DNA of 64,000 nt from Calditrichia bacterium (GCA_963777955.1 CAVZSQ010000022.1:480001-544000); one strand, 5' to 3'. Shown: positions 11,684 through 22,349, numbered from the stretch's first letter. A program made the numbers and translations. Notes: generated from the letters alone by a model not told the origin.

Positions 11684-13951
11684 TTAGTATCTGATTTCCA
11701 AATTCAGCGGTGTATTTTTTGCAACCTTGATTATGACGATTTTATTTTTTTTGTCATAGCCAAATGATTGCGATCCGCCGTTCATGTTGATCTCAGCGGG
11801 CCTGGCCTCGCTTCTGATAGCAAGGGCGACCATGCCGGCCAGGGCAGGAGCAGTAAAGGTAATTTTACCGGAGGCGCAGGACAAAAGCATGAATTTTTGC
11901 TGATCGCCGTCCAGGTGGTCGATGTAATCAAATGTTGCCCGATCCCCGTCACGGCCGGGAAAAATATGAACGGTTACTGCGCCCAGGTTTCTGTTCACCC
12001 TCCGCCACAATTTGGCATTGCCCTGATAGATGTCGCCGCTGACATATATGGAATTTTCTTTCACGAAAACCGGTATATTTTCCGGATTTGTCTTGACCTC
12101 AATAAACAGCGGACCGTTATATTCGGCGTTTAAATTATTAAAGTCATACCAGGTGCTTTGGGGCAGGTAAACTTGCCGGTTGTTGTCCGCGTTGAACAGA
12201 GGTGCAACCAGAAACGCATCACCGTAAATATATTCATCCCAGATGTTATAAGTATTACTGTCTCCGGGAAAAACATAAGCCAGCGGCTTCATCAGCACGC
12301 CGTTTTTATACGAGGTATTGGCCAGGGAATAGATATAGGGCAGCAGATCCATTCTTAAGTTGCAGGCATCTCTGAATACTTTCTGCAATTGTGTGGAATA
12401 CTTCCAGGGCGGACGGTCTTCGCCGCTGCCGCCCGAGCCGTCGATTTTAACCTCGAACATGCCGTTCCAGGCACCCCACTGCAGCCAGCGGGCATAAAGT
12501 GTCTCGTCGATGCAGCCGGGTCCCAGGTAACCGCCGGTATCCTGGCCCCAGACCGGAAAGCCCATGAAAGCGCAGCGCATGGCATTGGACTGGCTGCCGG
12601 CCATACCTGTCCAGTTGGAACGGCTGTCCCCTCCCCAGACCGCGCTTAAATAGGGCTGGCAGCGGTGGTACGCTGCCCGGGCGAAATTGAAATGATCCAG
12701 GCCGTGCGCACGGAACAGGAAGTCGTGAATAACTCTTGAATAAAGGTAGACATATTTATTCCTGGCGGCGGTTTCGGCTACCGGTACGTGCCAGGGGGAG
12801 GTCAGCGGAAAGTTCTCATCGGCCCGGTCCATCTTATGTCCCTTAACCCCGACAGAGTATTGATTGGTTTGCAGCCGTTTTTCAAATTCCTGCAAAGCGT
12901 CCGGATTGGTTAGATCCATATATCCCCTGCTGTCGGCGCTCAACAAACCCGCAAAATCCTTATCCGAAAAAGTCATAGGACCCACCCAGGTCATGAACTG
13001 CATGTTGTAATCATTGTTGATCTTTTTGATCCATTGATCCGCTGCGGAAAATTTTTCATTGAAATCCATTTTCGACCATTCGTTGGCGCCGTTACTGTAG
13101 GGACGGTCCACCCAGCAGGCGGTCAGCGGAATTTTCAAATCAGTGAAGCGGCGGATATCGTCGAGCAGTTCATCCTTGCCGCCGTTATTAAAATCCCGCC
13201 AGAATATAGGACCGCAGGCCCAAATGGGTACCGCTTTTGGTTTACCGATAACCTTAAAATAGGCCCGGTGAATTTCAGTCCCATTTTGTCCATAGAACAG
13301 GTACCAGTCCAACGTAGTGGTCTGATGATAGATTTCGGTTATAGCGTTGACGGCAAATTGATAACGACCCTTGGCGAAGGTGTCGAAGAAACTACCGTAC
13401 CCGGCACTGCTCATGAAGAAAGCCGAGTAGGCCGAAGCGTAATTTTCGGCATAATCGAGATTGCCCAGGCCGTAGACATCCAGATCGACCGTTGTACCGC
13501 GCAGGTCGGGATTCTTTGCATTGTGCGGATATAATTTTTCAATCAGTCCAAAGTAATGTTCGTTTTGATCCTTTAGTTGTATAGTAATATGGTTAAAGGT
13601 TTTATGTCCGGCGGAGAAGTGTACTGTATTTTCAGCGGCGGTTATTTTTAATAGAACGGCGGTTGGAAAATCGTCATGAAAACCGTCGCCTGTAGAAAAC
13701 ATTAATTTCAGGATCAGGGTATCCGTTTTAACCTGTTCAACAAGGATGGTATCGGCAGAAATGAAGTTAAAAGTGATATTGAGTATTTCTGTAATTTTTT
13801 CATCGTTCTGAAATAGTTCCAGCCGGTTATCGTGCAGAGATATTTTCAGCGGACTTTTTTCCCATACAGGTTGCCCTGCCATTGATATCGCGGGCTGGAT
13901 GGCAAGTGCTGATAAAAAAATTAATAATTTTAATTTTGACAGCATTAACAT
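11684..13951 (-). CDS. Secreted glycoside hydrolase family 31-like
   Basis: Signal peptide; GHKMDRADE nucleophile region, VWGGD, WGQDTGGY, LLPYIYS, FLVAP..VYLP..WYDF. Confidence 0.85.
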   Translation of the reverse strand: MLMLSKLKLLIFLSALAIQPAISMAGQPVWEKSPLKISLHDNRLELFQNDEKITEILNITFNFISADTILVEQVKTDTLILKLMFSTGDGFHDDFPTAVLLKITAAENTVHFSAGHKTFNHITIQLKDQNEHYFGLIEKLYPHNAKNPDLRGTTVDLDVYGLGNLDYAENYASAYSAFFMSSAGYGSFFDTFAKGRYQFAVNAITEIYHQTTTLDWYLFYGQNGTEIHRAYFKVIGKPKAVPIWACGPIFWRDFNNGGKDELLDDIRRFTDLKIPLTACWVDRPYSNGANEWSKMDFNEKFSAADQWIKKINNDYNMQFMTWVGPMTFSDKDFAGLLSADSRGYMDLTNPDALQEFEKRLQTNQYSVGVKGHKMDRADENFPLTSPWHVPVAETAARNKYVYLYSRVIHDFLFRAHGLDHFNFARAAYHRCQPYLSAVWGGDSRSNWTGMAGSQSNAMRCAFMGFPVWGQDTGGYLGPGCIDETLYARWLQWGAWNGMFEVKIDGSGGSGEDRPPWKYSTQLQKVFRDACNLRMDLLPYIYSLANTSYKNGVLMKPLAYVFPGDSNTYNIWDEYIYGDAFLVAPLFNADNNRQVYLPQSTWYDFNNLNAEYNGPLFIEVKTNPENIPVFVKENSIYVSGDIYQGNAKLWRRVNRNLGAVTVHIFPGRDGDRATFDYIDHLDGDQQKFMLLSCASGKITFTAPALAGMVALAIRSEARPAEINMNGGSQSFGYDKKNKIVIIKVAKNTPLNLEIRY

Positions 13952-14149
13952 CCTCCGTTTTATTTACTTAAAAAAGACCGAAAGTTTGCGTCGCCGAACT
14001 ACTTATAACATGATTGGTAATTCATGCCAGTCGGTCCGCCCGGCGTTTATCAAAAATAAGTTAGATCCCGCTTGAATAAGAATGCTTTGCATATGCACCT
14101 GTTTTTGCCTGCGGCATTTACCTGGGGATTGTCTTAAAAGTAATGAATT

Positions 14150-14275
14150 ATCATTCCGAATCCCGACTGGTCGGGATGAGGAATCTTCTTTCTCTATAAA
14201 ACATAGATTCCTCCTCGCCCCGATCTGTCTTGCCTGTCTGGTGTCAGGCCATCGGTCGGGGCTCGTCGGAATGAC
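14150..14275. repeat. REP doublet (inverted pair) with nested hairpins
   Basis: TCATTCCGAATCCCGACTGGTCGGGATGAGGAATCT ... AGATTCCTCCTC...TCGTCGGAATGAC. Confidence 0.8.
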
Positions 14276-14366
14276 ATTTTCAGTAAGCCAGCATTCAAAC
14301 ATTTCAATAAATTATATCTTTCCCCCATTAGAATCCAAGTCTGAGGATTATAAGTAAGATAATATC

Positions 14367-16505
14367 TTATGGCAGAGGCCGAAGCCCTTCATATTTTACT
14401 ATCCATTTCCCGTTCCTGGGGAAACCGGGTGCTTTAATCGTTGGCGCACCATTCCAGCCTGCAGCCATCATGGCCACCGCGGTTAATAATCCTCCGTTGC
14501 CCGGTAAATATGCCGGTAGTGTTACCTGCTGGTAATTATGACCGTTATTAAGATACTTGTTTTTCGGGACATCCATTAGAAGAGCATCGACGGCCAGTTC
14601 CGGTTCGCCGCAACGGGCGGCGGTCATGGCCAGCAGCGGGTAATCCCAGCCCCACGTGCTTGACCAGTCCCATGACAGCATGACCTTTTTCAGAGTATTG
14701 CGCATAATAGTGGTATCGATTTTTTCATTAAGCAGCATGCCGAAGGCACCCAGCACCGTGGGATGGTCGCGGCGCTGGCTGCTGTCCGCAAATGCTTGTT
14801 GTAAGTTTTCAACGTTTTGATACAGCCCGTCCCGTTGCGGCAGAGTAGACAGGTTCTCGATGATCCGGCCCCAGCGGTCAATCGGCGGCAATTTCAGCCG
14901 CTCGCGCCATTTTTGAGCGGTTTTCAGACCGAAGGCCCAATAGGCCAGTTCAAAAGCTGGATTTATTGTTGAATCCGGATGGTAAATTTCCTGGGCTGGA
15001 ATTAACGGAGGGCCCAGCACATATCTATGATTCAGCGAATCCCATTTGGTAAAGGAAGCCATAAACTCGGCAGTAGCGAATACGAGATTCTGATATTTTT
15101 CGAGAATAGCGCGATCTGCATTCTGTTGATACAGAAGTTCGGCGTAATAAATCGGGTGCGGTTGCTGCCAGATCAGGTATACACCGATTGCCGAAGGGCT
15201 TTCCTGCCCGTCACAGCCAACCATTTTCGGCCAGCGCACGCCGGCATAGCCCTGTCGTTGTGCTGTTTCTCCGGCCAGGGTTAAAATGGATTCGTACCAG
15301 CCGAAGGTTTTTTCCAAAAATTCCGGTTTTCCCCACAGGGCAAAATGAACTGCATGCCACCAGTGCATTTCCAGGTGAAATTTGCCGTACCAGCTGTTGC
15401 AGGTCAGTCCGGTTTCCTGGGGTGGCACTGAACCGGCGCACTGGATGGCGGTAAGATAACGGGACAGGATAATGCGTCTTTCCAATTCATGGGCTCGGGG
15501 ATCTTTGCTCTGTGACAGATCGATGGCACCGCCGGTTTCCCAGAAATTTAGCCAGGCGGCTCTGGAGTTGATTATGGTACTTCCAGCATCAGAATGTAAT
15601 ACATGTTTTTCAGGACTGAATCCAACACTGAATTCGAGTTGAGTTCCGCTATCAGCGGAAAGTATGAAGTAATGTTTTTTTAACCGATTAAAATTTGCCC
15701 GGCCCGACCAATAAACTTCGACATAATATTTCGTGGAATCCAGAGTACGTTCGATCAGGACAGAGTGTTCGTCCCGGCTGACGATAGCCGAGGTATGCCT
15801 GTTCGGGTTATTCCAGTCGGCGCCGTCCCCGCCCCAGGCTAATGAACCGTAGGGAAAATCGAAGCAAATGGCGAGACGTTTTTTTTGTATAAGTTTGGAC
15901 AACACTCGCACGCCGATTTGATTGCACTTCGGATCGCAGGCGGTTACCACAAGAACTGAATCATTATCGATTCCGAAAGAGCTCTTGATAATTCCGCTCC
16001 ATATATCCAGTTTTTGATGGATATTTTGCAGATCAGTGGGTTGTGCCGGTTCTCCGGATAATTTTTCGATTTTAAAACCGATGCGGCCGAGGTTCAGGCG
16101 GTGTGGGTTGGCGCGCAGCCACTGTCCGGCAGGTGAGTCTTGCTGTGATGCATATGGAACCGTTTTTCCGTAGGCCTTATGATACTCATAGGTTTGGTTC
16201 AAAGTATAATTGTGTGGATTTGGGAAAGAGTGCCAGCACCATTGGGCCATGGTACTCAGGGGAATGCCGGCTTTGTATTTTTCCGGGAAAGTTTGCAGTC
16301 CGGTTATATCTGCCGTAAAGGCAAATTCTCCATTGCCGACTGAGAAGGGGGAGAGGGAATCGATGCTCGTGTTCACCGGGATATGACGGGTGACCAGGGT
16401 CCGGCGGTCGATGCGGACAGGATTATCGGCAGGCCGGCAGGAGATACAAAGAAGGATAATTGTCGAAACCAGGATGTTGATTAAGGGATTTGAAGTCTGA
16501 TTCAT
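14367..16505 (-). CDS. Lipoprotein six-hairpin glycosidase (GH65-like family)
   Basis: Lipobox-like ISC; SVGNGEFAFTADITGLQT, PPQETGLTCNSWYGKFHLEM, DHP, WGWDYP, YLPGNGGLL. Confidence 0.75.
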   Translation of the reverse strand: MNQTSNPLINILVSTIILLCISCRPADNPVRIDRRTLVTRHIPVNTSIDSLSPFSVGNGEFAFTADITGLQTFPEKYKAGIPLSTMAQWCWHSFPNPHNYTLNQTYEYHKAYGKTVPYASQQDSPAGQWLRANPHRLNLGRIGFKIEKLSGEPAQPTDLQNIHQKLDIWSGIIKSSFGIDNDSVLVVTACDPKCNQIGVRVLSKLIQKKRLAICFDFPYGSLAWGGDGADWNNPNRHTSAIVSRDEHSVLIERTLDSTKYYVEVYWSGRANFNRLKKHYFILSADSGTQLEFSVGFSPEKHVLHSDAGSTIINSRAAWLNFWETGGAIDLSQSKDPRAHELERRIILSRYLTAIQCAGSVPPQETGLTCNSWYGKFHLEMHWWHAVHFALWGKPEFLEKTFGWYESILTLAGETAQRQGYAGVRWPKMVGCDGQESPSAIGVYLIWQQPHPIYYAELLYQQNADRAILEKYQNLVFATAEFMASFTKWDSLNHRYVLGPPLIPAQEIYHPDSTINPAFELAYWAFGLKTAQKWRERLKLPPIDRWGRIIENLSTLPQRDGLYQNVENLQQAFADSSQRRDHPTVLGAFGMLLNEKIDTTIMRNTLKKVMLSWDWSSTWGWDYPLLAMTAARCGEPELAVDALLMDVPKNKYLNNGHNYQQVTLPAYLPGNGGLLTAVAMMAAGWNGAPTIKAPGFPRNGKWIVKYEGLRPLP

Positions 16506-16674
16506 GATGTTTGTATTATAATAAAATCATTATAAGGAATTCTGGACAAAGGGTAAAGGGAAAAGGGGAAAGTCGGAGGCATGGCGCAAGCCAGGCCGTA
16601 GATCTGCCGCAAGGCAGAGGAAATGGGAAAAATCGAAGCAGGCGGAATTTATGCCAGGAATGGAAAAAGCATTT

Positions 16675-16712
16675 CACGGAGTTACACGGAGCAGACACGG
16701 AGATCCACGGAG
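16675..16712 (+). repeat. Four CACGGAG direct repeats at 10-11 bp period
   Basis: CACGGAG at 16675, 16685, 16696, 16706. Confidence 0.7.
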
Positions 16713-16851
16713 AAAATAAATTTAGAATTAGAAATAAATACTTTGATTCCTGGTGCCCGATATTTAAAATCTATTTTCGCTAATAGTGATTAAAGTTGTA
16801 AATGAAATTCGAATAATAAGCCCCGTCAGGGACGATTCTCTGTTTTACTTA

Positions 16852-17214
16852 TTAAAACAAACCATTCTCGTTGGGGGAATCTTTCAACTCCTCCTGAGAG
16901 GCCTCCCACGATTCAATTATTTTATCTTCATGAAAACGGAAAATGTGTATGACTCCATACACCTTCGGTTTCAGCACCACTTTTCCGTGAACGGCAACCA
17001 GGTCACCGTCCTCGAGCGCATGCAGCACTTCGTAGGTTTTATCCGGGAACTGTCTGGAGTTTTCTTCCATGGCCTGCAACAGCGATTCCCGGTCCCCTTT
17101 GAAGTACACCAGGTGATGCTTGAAATCCGGGTGAATATATTCGTCATAGGCCTGGCGCGCCCGGCCGGATGATGCGGATTTCAGGAATGAAATGGCAATT
17201 ACCTTTTTATTCAT
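16852..17214 (-). CDS. SnoaL-like / NTF2-fold protein
   Basis: YIHPDFKHH, EDGDLVAVH, HIFRFHEDKIIESW. Confidence 0.85.
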   Translation of the reverse strand: MNKKVIAISFLKSASSGRARQAYDEYIHPDFKHHLVYFKGDRESLLQAMEENSRQFPDKTYEVLHALEDGDLVAVHGKVVLKPKVYGVIHIFRFHEDKIIESWEASQEELKDSPNENGLF

Positions 17215-17338
17215 AATTCTTCTTCTCCTGTCTTAATTTAAGATTCATACTCGATTTCGCAAATATAATGAACACCTGCTTTGGAAATTGCTTTTTTCCC
17301 GGAGCGTATGTATACTCAGCTACAACAACGCCAACACC

Positions 17339-18430
17339 ATGATATATATTGCAGGAATCAGCATAGCAGTATTTTTTGAATTCTTACTTATCACCAAGAA
17401 GAACAAATCCGAGGCGGATAAGATTCTGGTTTTGTGGATGTTTCTGATTACCGTTCACCTTTTCCTGTTTTATCTATCCTTCAGCAAAGAGATCTATAAT
17501 TACCCGTTCCTGCTCGGGGTGAATTTGCCACTGCCCCTGCTGCATGGCGTTTTCTTGTACCTTTATGTCGGTTCGGTCACCAGTCAGTTGCCCGCAGGAA
17601 GGAATCTTCTGTTCATACATTTTATACCCGCCGTCGTCACTTATCTGTACCTGATCGCCTTCTTTGTCCTGCCGGCCGATCAGAAAATCCTGGTATTCAA
17701 AAACCGCGGGGCGGGTTATGAGGTTTTCAATACGATCAGAGTCATTGCCGTTTGTATCTCGGGAATCGTTTATATTGCATGGTCAGGTTGGCTGCTCCGG
17801 AAACACAGGCGCCGTATACTGGATAAATTCTCTTATCAGGAAAAAATTGATCTGCACTGGCTTCGGATCCTGACCTGGGGCCTGGGGGGTATCTGGCTTC
17901 TTGTTCTCTATGGAAATGACGGCCTGGTATTCGGAGGGGTCGCGGTATTAGTGTTCCTGATCGGCTTTTTCGGAATCCGGCAGGTCAGGATTTTCACCCC
18001 GGATAAGGTCACCCCGGCTGGGGTAACCCTGTCCGGGCAGGAACAGAAGGGAAAATATGCCAGATCGGGATTGACCAGGGAACTGTCGGAAAAACTTTAT
18101 CAGGAATTGCTTCGCCTGATGAATGAAGAGTTCATCTACAGAAAGAGCGATCTCTCCGCAGACGATCTGGCCTCACGACTCAAGACGCACCCCAACTATC
18201 TCTCGCAGATCATCAATGAGAAAGAAGGGAAGAATTTTTACGATTTTGTCAACCACTATCGCCTTGAAGAGTTCAAACAACTGCTCTCCAATCCCAAAAA
18301 CCGGAATCTCACCCTGCTTTCACTGGCCTTCGACTGCGGATTCAATTCCAAATCCTCGTTTAACCGCTATTTTAAAAAAGCGACCGGCCAAACACCCTCG
18401 GAGTATTTCACAGACCTGAACAAGCCGTAA
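17339..18430 (+). CDS. Membrane-anchored AraC-family regulator
   Basis: About 7 TM segments plus C-terminal LSQIINEKEGKNFYDFVNHYR...GFNSKSSFNRYFKK. Confidence 0.9.
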   Translation: MIYIAGISIAVFFEFLLITKKNKSEADKILVLWMFLITVHLFLFYLSFSKEIYNYPFLLGVNLPLPLLHGVFLYLYVGSVTSQLPAGRNLLFIHFIPAVVTYLYLIAFFVLPADQKILVFKNRGAGYEVFNTIRVIAVCISGIVYIAWSGWLLRKHRRRILDKFSYQEKIDLHWLRILTWGLGGIWLLVLYGNDGLVFGGVAVLVFLIGFFGIRQVRIFTPDKVTPAGVTLSGQEQKGKYARSGLTRELSEKLYQELLRLMNEEFIYRKSDLSADDLASRLKTHPNYLSQIINEKEGKNFYDFVNHYRLEEFKQLLSNPKNRNLTLLSLAFDCGFNSKSSFNRYFKKATGQTPSEYFTDLNKP

Positions 18431-18765
18431 CCGGGTATCATAATCACCGGCACGGGCCGTTCCGCTTCAATTTTTTTCCCCGCTGAACCGTCTATCGACG
18501 GTCGTGTCCGGAGTGTCATCCTGCAAGGGGGGACCACAACTGTAGTTTCATCTTCCACGCTGCGACGAAAAGCGTTTTTACACATCGTATCTTATCCCGG
18601 AATTAATTTTAGAAGGCAGTATTAAACAAATGGTAATTAACGAAAGAAATCTTATGAATAAAGTAAGGAGAATCAATTATGCAGGTTATAAAAATTTATC
18701 AATGGGTGCAACAGAAACAAGTCCTAAATAAAATCAATCAATTAACCAAACAGGAGGAGTACATT

Positions 18766-19790
18766 ATGAAGAAAACAACCGGATTTTTCGTAACAGCAAC
18801 CCGTTGGAGTCTGCAGGTATTATACCTGACTTTAGCAGCGCTCTTTTCCATTGTGAGTTCCTGTGATATCATGGAACCTGCCGAGCCCGGTTTGCTGGTG
18901 CCCCGGACGGTGGATGAAGATCCTGATCTTCCTTCCATTACAGTAAACGGAGCGCAGTTGCATTCGGAAGATTTTGGACCACCTGACAGTGCCATCATAG
19001 TGGTGTTGCATGGTGGTCCCGGTAGTGATTACCGCTATTTGCTCAATTGCAAAGAATTCGCCAATCAGGGATATAGGGTGGTCTTCTACGATCAGAGAGG
19101 TTCCGGACTGTCGCAACGATTCCCGAAATCATCCTATAATTCCGTGCAAATAATGACGGATGAAGTGGAGGGTGTTATTGCTCACTACAGAACATCCCCG
19201 GCCCAAAAAGTATTTCTGTTGGGACATTCTTGGGGCGCCATGCTGGCTACCGCGTATGTCAATGAACACTCCAACAGCAATAGACTGGATTAATTCTGTG
19301 TGAACCGGGTGGTTTTATCTGGCAGGATGTGCTGGATTATGTCGGTCGTACCAGAGAGTTCGAAATTACCAGCGAGGCCTTGAATGATGTTACATATATG
19401 GATCAGTTTCTGACCGGCAGCGAGGATGAACATATTATCCTGGATTACAAATTTGCATTAATGGTCGGTTCTGATGTCAACGTTGGAAATGAAGGAATTC
19501 TACCAAATTGGAGGATGGGGGCGGTAATTAACAGTGCTTTGTTTGAATTGGGGAATAATGAAAAACCCGATTGGACGACCAATCTTGATCAGTACACGAT
19601 CAAAGTTTTATTCGTGTACAGTGAGCGCAATACAGCGTATGGTTACAACCACGCGCTCAAAGTGTCCTCTGCTTATCCCAATGTGCAATTATTTAAAGCC
19701 AACGGTGCAGGTCACGATATGCTTTCCTTTGAGACCGGTTGGAACAATACTTACCCGGTGATGCTGTCCTATTTAAACAATTTAAAATAA
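18766..19790 (+). CDS. Lipoprotein alpha/beta hydrolase, proline iminopeptidase-like (frameshift near 19272)
   Basis: AGGAGG RBS; SSC lipobox; LHGGPG, YDQRGSG, GHSWG; C-terminal AGH in the 19329..19790 frame. Confidence 0.8.
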
Positions 19791-19799
19791 GGTGAAAAT

Positions 19800-20470
19800 A
19801 TGAAAACTATAAAAATAATACTGGTCGCAGCCGCATTCATTTGCACTGCAAATTTCTCACTGGCGCAAAATATAAACTGGAGAGGTCTGAGCGCCGGGCA
19901 AATCCATTTGATCAACCTGAATATCGGCTGGGATTATGGTTCAACGATCGGAATCGGTTATGGTTACAAATTGAAAACGGATCATCCCGGTCGTACTGAA
20001 TGTCGATTTTTCGCTTGCCTTTCGGGAGCAAGCTGCTGGATGATTTCAAGGTAAAATTAGGAGGTCAGGCGGAATTATTAAGGCGGGGCAATTTTTCAGC
20101 GACGGTAAAAGCGTATGGAATATTCAGGCGCTACCAGAATGTTCTGGCCCGGCTGCTGAATTTCGGAAGCGAATTTTCAGGTGTTTGCGGGTATTACCGG
20201 CCGACCTGGTATGCAGCAGCGGAATTCGGTTTTGACAAGGCCATCACGACACACATTAAGAACAGCGCCAGGATGAGGGAAAACTATCCGCAGGTAAAGG
20301 ACGGCTGGTACATTCCGACCGCAGGGAATTTCTTTTATGGAATCCAGGCCGGTTACTCGTTTGAGCGCTATGATGTTTATTTAAAGTTGGGCAAAACGGT
20401 AACACAGGATTTGAAAACGACGGCGCTGATTCCTTTTTATCTTCAACTGGGCTTGAACAGTAAATTGTAG
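19800..20470 (+). CDS. Putative exported / outer-membrane beta-barrel protein (frameshifted near 19980-20015)
   Basis: Signal peptide; alternating aromatic/Gly beta strands; two overlapping ORF halves. Confidence 0.6.
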
Positions 20471-20477
20471 GGATAAG

Positions 20478-20588
20478 ATGAAATCAAATATGGCGAAGAT
20501 CATAGAAAAAATCATAGCGTGGCTGATTCTGGTATTAAGCCTGACTCTGCTGGTCTTCGCCATTTATCTTTATTATTCAGACCCTTAA
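20478..20588 (+). CDS. Possible 36-aa single-TM microprotein
   Basis: MKSNMAKIIEKIIAWLILVLSLTLLVFAIYLYYSDP directly after the barrel gene. Confidence 0.35.
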   Translation: MKSNMAKIIEKIIAWLILVLSLTLLVFAIYLYYSDP

Positions 20589-21158
20589 CCAGCCGCGGAA
20601 GCCTCTGACAGCATAATAAGACTCCGCGCCGTTGTGATATACAAAGACAGTATCATAGCGGCGATCGCAAAAGAGGGCCCCGCCGAGTTTTCTGATGTCG
20701 GCGGGTGTTATAATCCAGCTCGAAGTTTTCGTATCAAACTCGCCAAGTTTTTGCATCTCCCGGTATTGTTCTTCGGTCAGAATCTCAATACCCATGGCAG
20801 CAGCCATATCGACAGCATTGTCTGCGGGTTTATGTTCCTTCCTTGACCTCAGCGCCTCACCGTCGAAGCAAACACTTCGGCGGCCTTTGGGACTTTCCGC
20901 CGAGCAGTCATAAAAAATGTATTGGCCGGTCTTTTTATCAAAATCAACCACATCCGGTTCACCGCCGGTTATTTCCATTTCACTGAGCGACCACAGTTTT
21001 TCAGGATTTACTTCCAGTCTGGCTTTTACTTCAGCCCAGCGAAGACCTTTATGGCGGTTCATGCTTTGTTCAAAGCGGGTCTTCAATATTTTAAACAGTT
21101 CTTCGCGTTGTACCGGCGACAAGTCCCCTTTATCTCTGATATTATTTCTCTTTGTCAT
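20577..21158 (-). CDS. DUF4256 family protein
   Basis: LKTRFEQSMNRH, TGGEPDVV, DCSAESPKGRRS, YHNGAESYYAVRGFRG. Confidence 0.85.
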   Translation of the reverse strand: MTKRNNIRDKGDLSPVQREELFKILKTRFEQSMNRHKGLRWAEVKARLEVNPEKLWSLSEMEITGGEPDVVDFDKKTGQYIFYDCSAESPKGRRSVCFDGEALRSRKEHKPADNAVDMAAAMGIEILTEEQYREMQKLGEFDTKTSSWIITPADIRKLGGALFCDRRYDTVFVYHNGAESYYAVRGFRGWLRV

Positions 21159-21253
21159 ATTAAGCCCCCTTTATTGCATTAACTCCTGAGAGCCCTTATT
21201 TATTTTTACTTTACGAAAAATATCTTTTGATTTGTGTATAAAAGTGCCATAAT

Positions 21254-21285
21254 GCCTAACCCGGCATTTGCCGAATGGGCCGAGT
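21254..21285 (-). mobile_element. Possible attC half-site (R' core)
   Basis: Minus strand CGGCAAATGCCGG-GTTAGGC upstream of the DUF4256 gene; partner arm not found. Confidence 0.35.
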
Positions 21286-21299
21286 AACGCATTTATTCA

Positions 21300-21328
21300 T
21301 TGATATATCATGTAAATGATACTATATT
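21300..21328 (+). promoter_or_regulatory. Toxin-antitoxin promoter with palindromic operator
   Basis: TTGATA-N17-TATATT; overlapping palindrome TGATATATCA. Confidence 0.55.
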
Positions 21329-21350
21329 GATACATGCAAAAGGAATCCCT

Positions 21351-21623
21351 ATGACCATTATTAAACCCATATCAGACTTACGTAACAAAGCCAATGAAAT
21401 CTCTGACATCGTACACCGTGAGAAAAAGCCGGTATTCATCACAAAAAACGGTGAAGGAGATATGGTTGTGATGTCTATTGATACTTTTGATTTACTTCAA
21501 AAAAAGCTTGAACTATTCAGCAAGCTCTCGGTTTCACAATCTCAACGAGCCTCCGGTGAGCGAGGGCGAACACTGCCGCAGGTAATGAAGGAGGTCCGTA
21601 AGAGGATGCGCAGTGCCCGCTGA
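21351..21623 (+). CDS. Phd/YefM family antitoxin
   Basis: IKPISDLRNKANEIS...PVFITKNGEGDMVVMSI. Confidence 0.9.
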   Translation: MTIIKPISDLRNKANEISDIVHREKKPVFITKNGEGDMVVMSIDTFDLLQKKLELFSKLSVSQSQRASGERGRTLPQVMKEVRKRMRSAR

Positions 21624-21917
21624 GTATGAAGTTCGTCTATTACGCGTTGCTGAAGAAGATTTTATTGAAATCATTTCGTTTATCTCACAGGAGAGTCCTG
21701 CCGGGGCTGAAAAATTAGCCACACTAATTGAAACAAGCCTCATACGTTTATCCAATCATCCTCATTTAGGACGTGTTCCCAATGAACCCGAGCTGCCGGC
21801 GCCGGATTCCGAATTTTGATCGTGGAAAATTATTTAATCTTTTACACCATTGAAGAAATTACGATTTACGTTCATCGGATCATTCACGGTGCACGGGATT
21901 ATAAAAGAGTCCTTTAA
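21613..21917 (+). CDS. RelE/ParE family toxin (frameshift near 21795)
   Basis: AEEDFIEIISFI..HPHLGR, then GFRILIVENYLIFY...HRIIHGARDY in the next frame; overlaps the antitoxin. Confidence 0.85.
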
Positions 21918-21926
21918 AAAGAATTA

Positions 21927-22349
21927 TTATCTATACTTCGTTTGCAGGTAATCAATTGTCGTCTTCATGAGTTTCTTCAGAGCGTCCAGATTGATGTCGG
22001 ATAATTTCTTGACGTAGATGCAGGCTTTTCCCATTTTAAATTTCCCCAACCCCTGCAATAGATATTCATGTTCTTTGGCGCCTGTATATACATAGAGTGA
22101 AATGGCAGCCTTGCGCGGTGAAAATCCTATCAACGGCCAATCCCCCTCCTGGCGGCTTCTCTCCGATTTGTAGTGATAACTGCCGAACCCGATGATGGAC
22201 GGTCCCCACATTTTTGGCTTGTGACCGGTAAAATCCTGCATCAGTTTTAACAACTCAAAACTATCCTGGCGTTTTTGTTCGCTATCGGCGAACGCTTTGA
22301 TAAACTCGCTGACACTGGCTTTGGTTTGTTTTGTCTTCAGTTCTGCCAT
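21927..22349 (-). CDS. DUF1801 (YdhG-like) protein
   Basis: KMWGPSIIGFGSYHY, GFSPRKAAISLY, GKACIYVKKLSDI. Confidence 0.85.
   Translation of the reverse strand: MAELKTKQTKASVSEFIKAFADSEQKRQDSFELLKLMQDFTGHKPKMWGPSIIGFGSYHYKSERSRQEGDWPLIGFSPRKAAISLYVYTGAKEHEYLLQGLGKFKMGKACIYVKKLSDINLDALKKLMKTTIDYLQTKYR

Noticed and set aside
14003..14357. 99-aa and 91-aa ORFs between the glycosidases
   Set aside because: Read-through of the REP doublet; no protein-like features.
16511..16783. 90-aa and 60-aa ORFs upstream of the GH65-like gene
   Set aside because: Composed of short repeats with no family motif.
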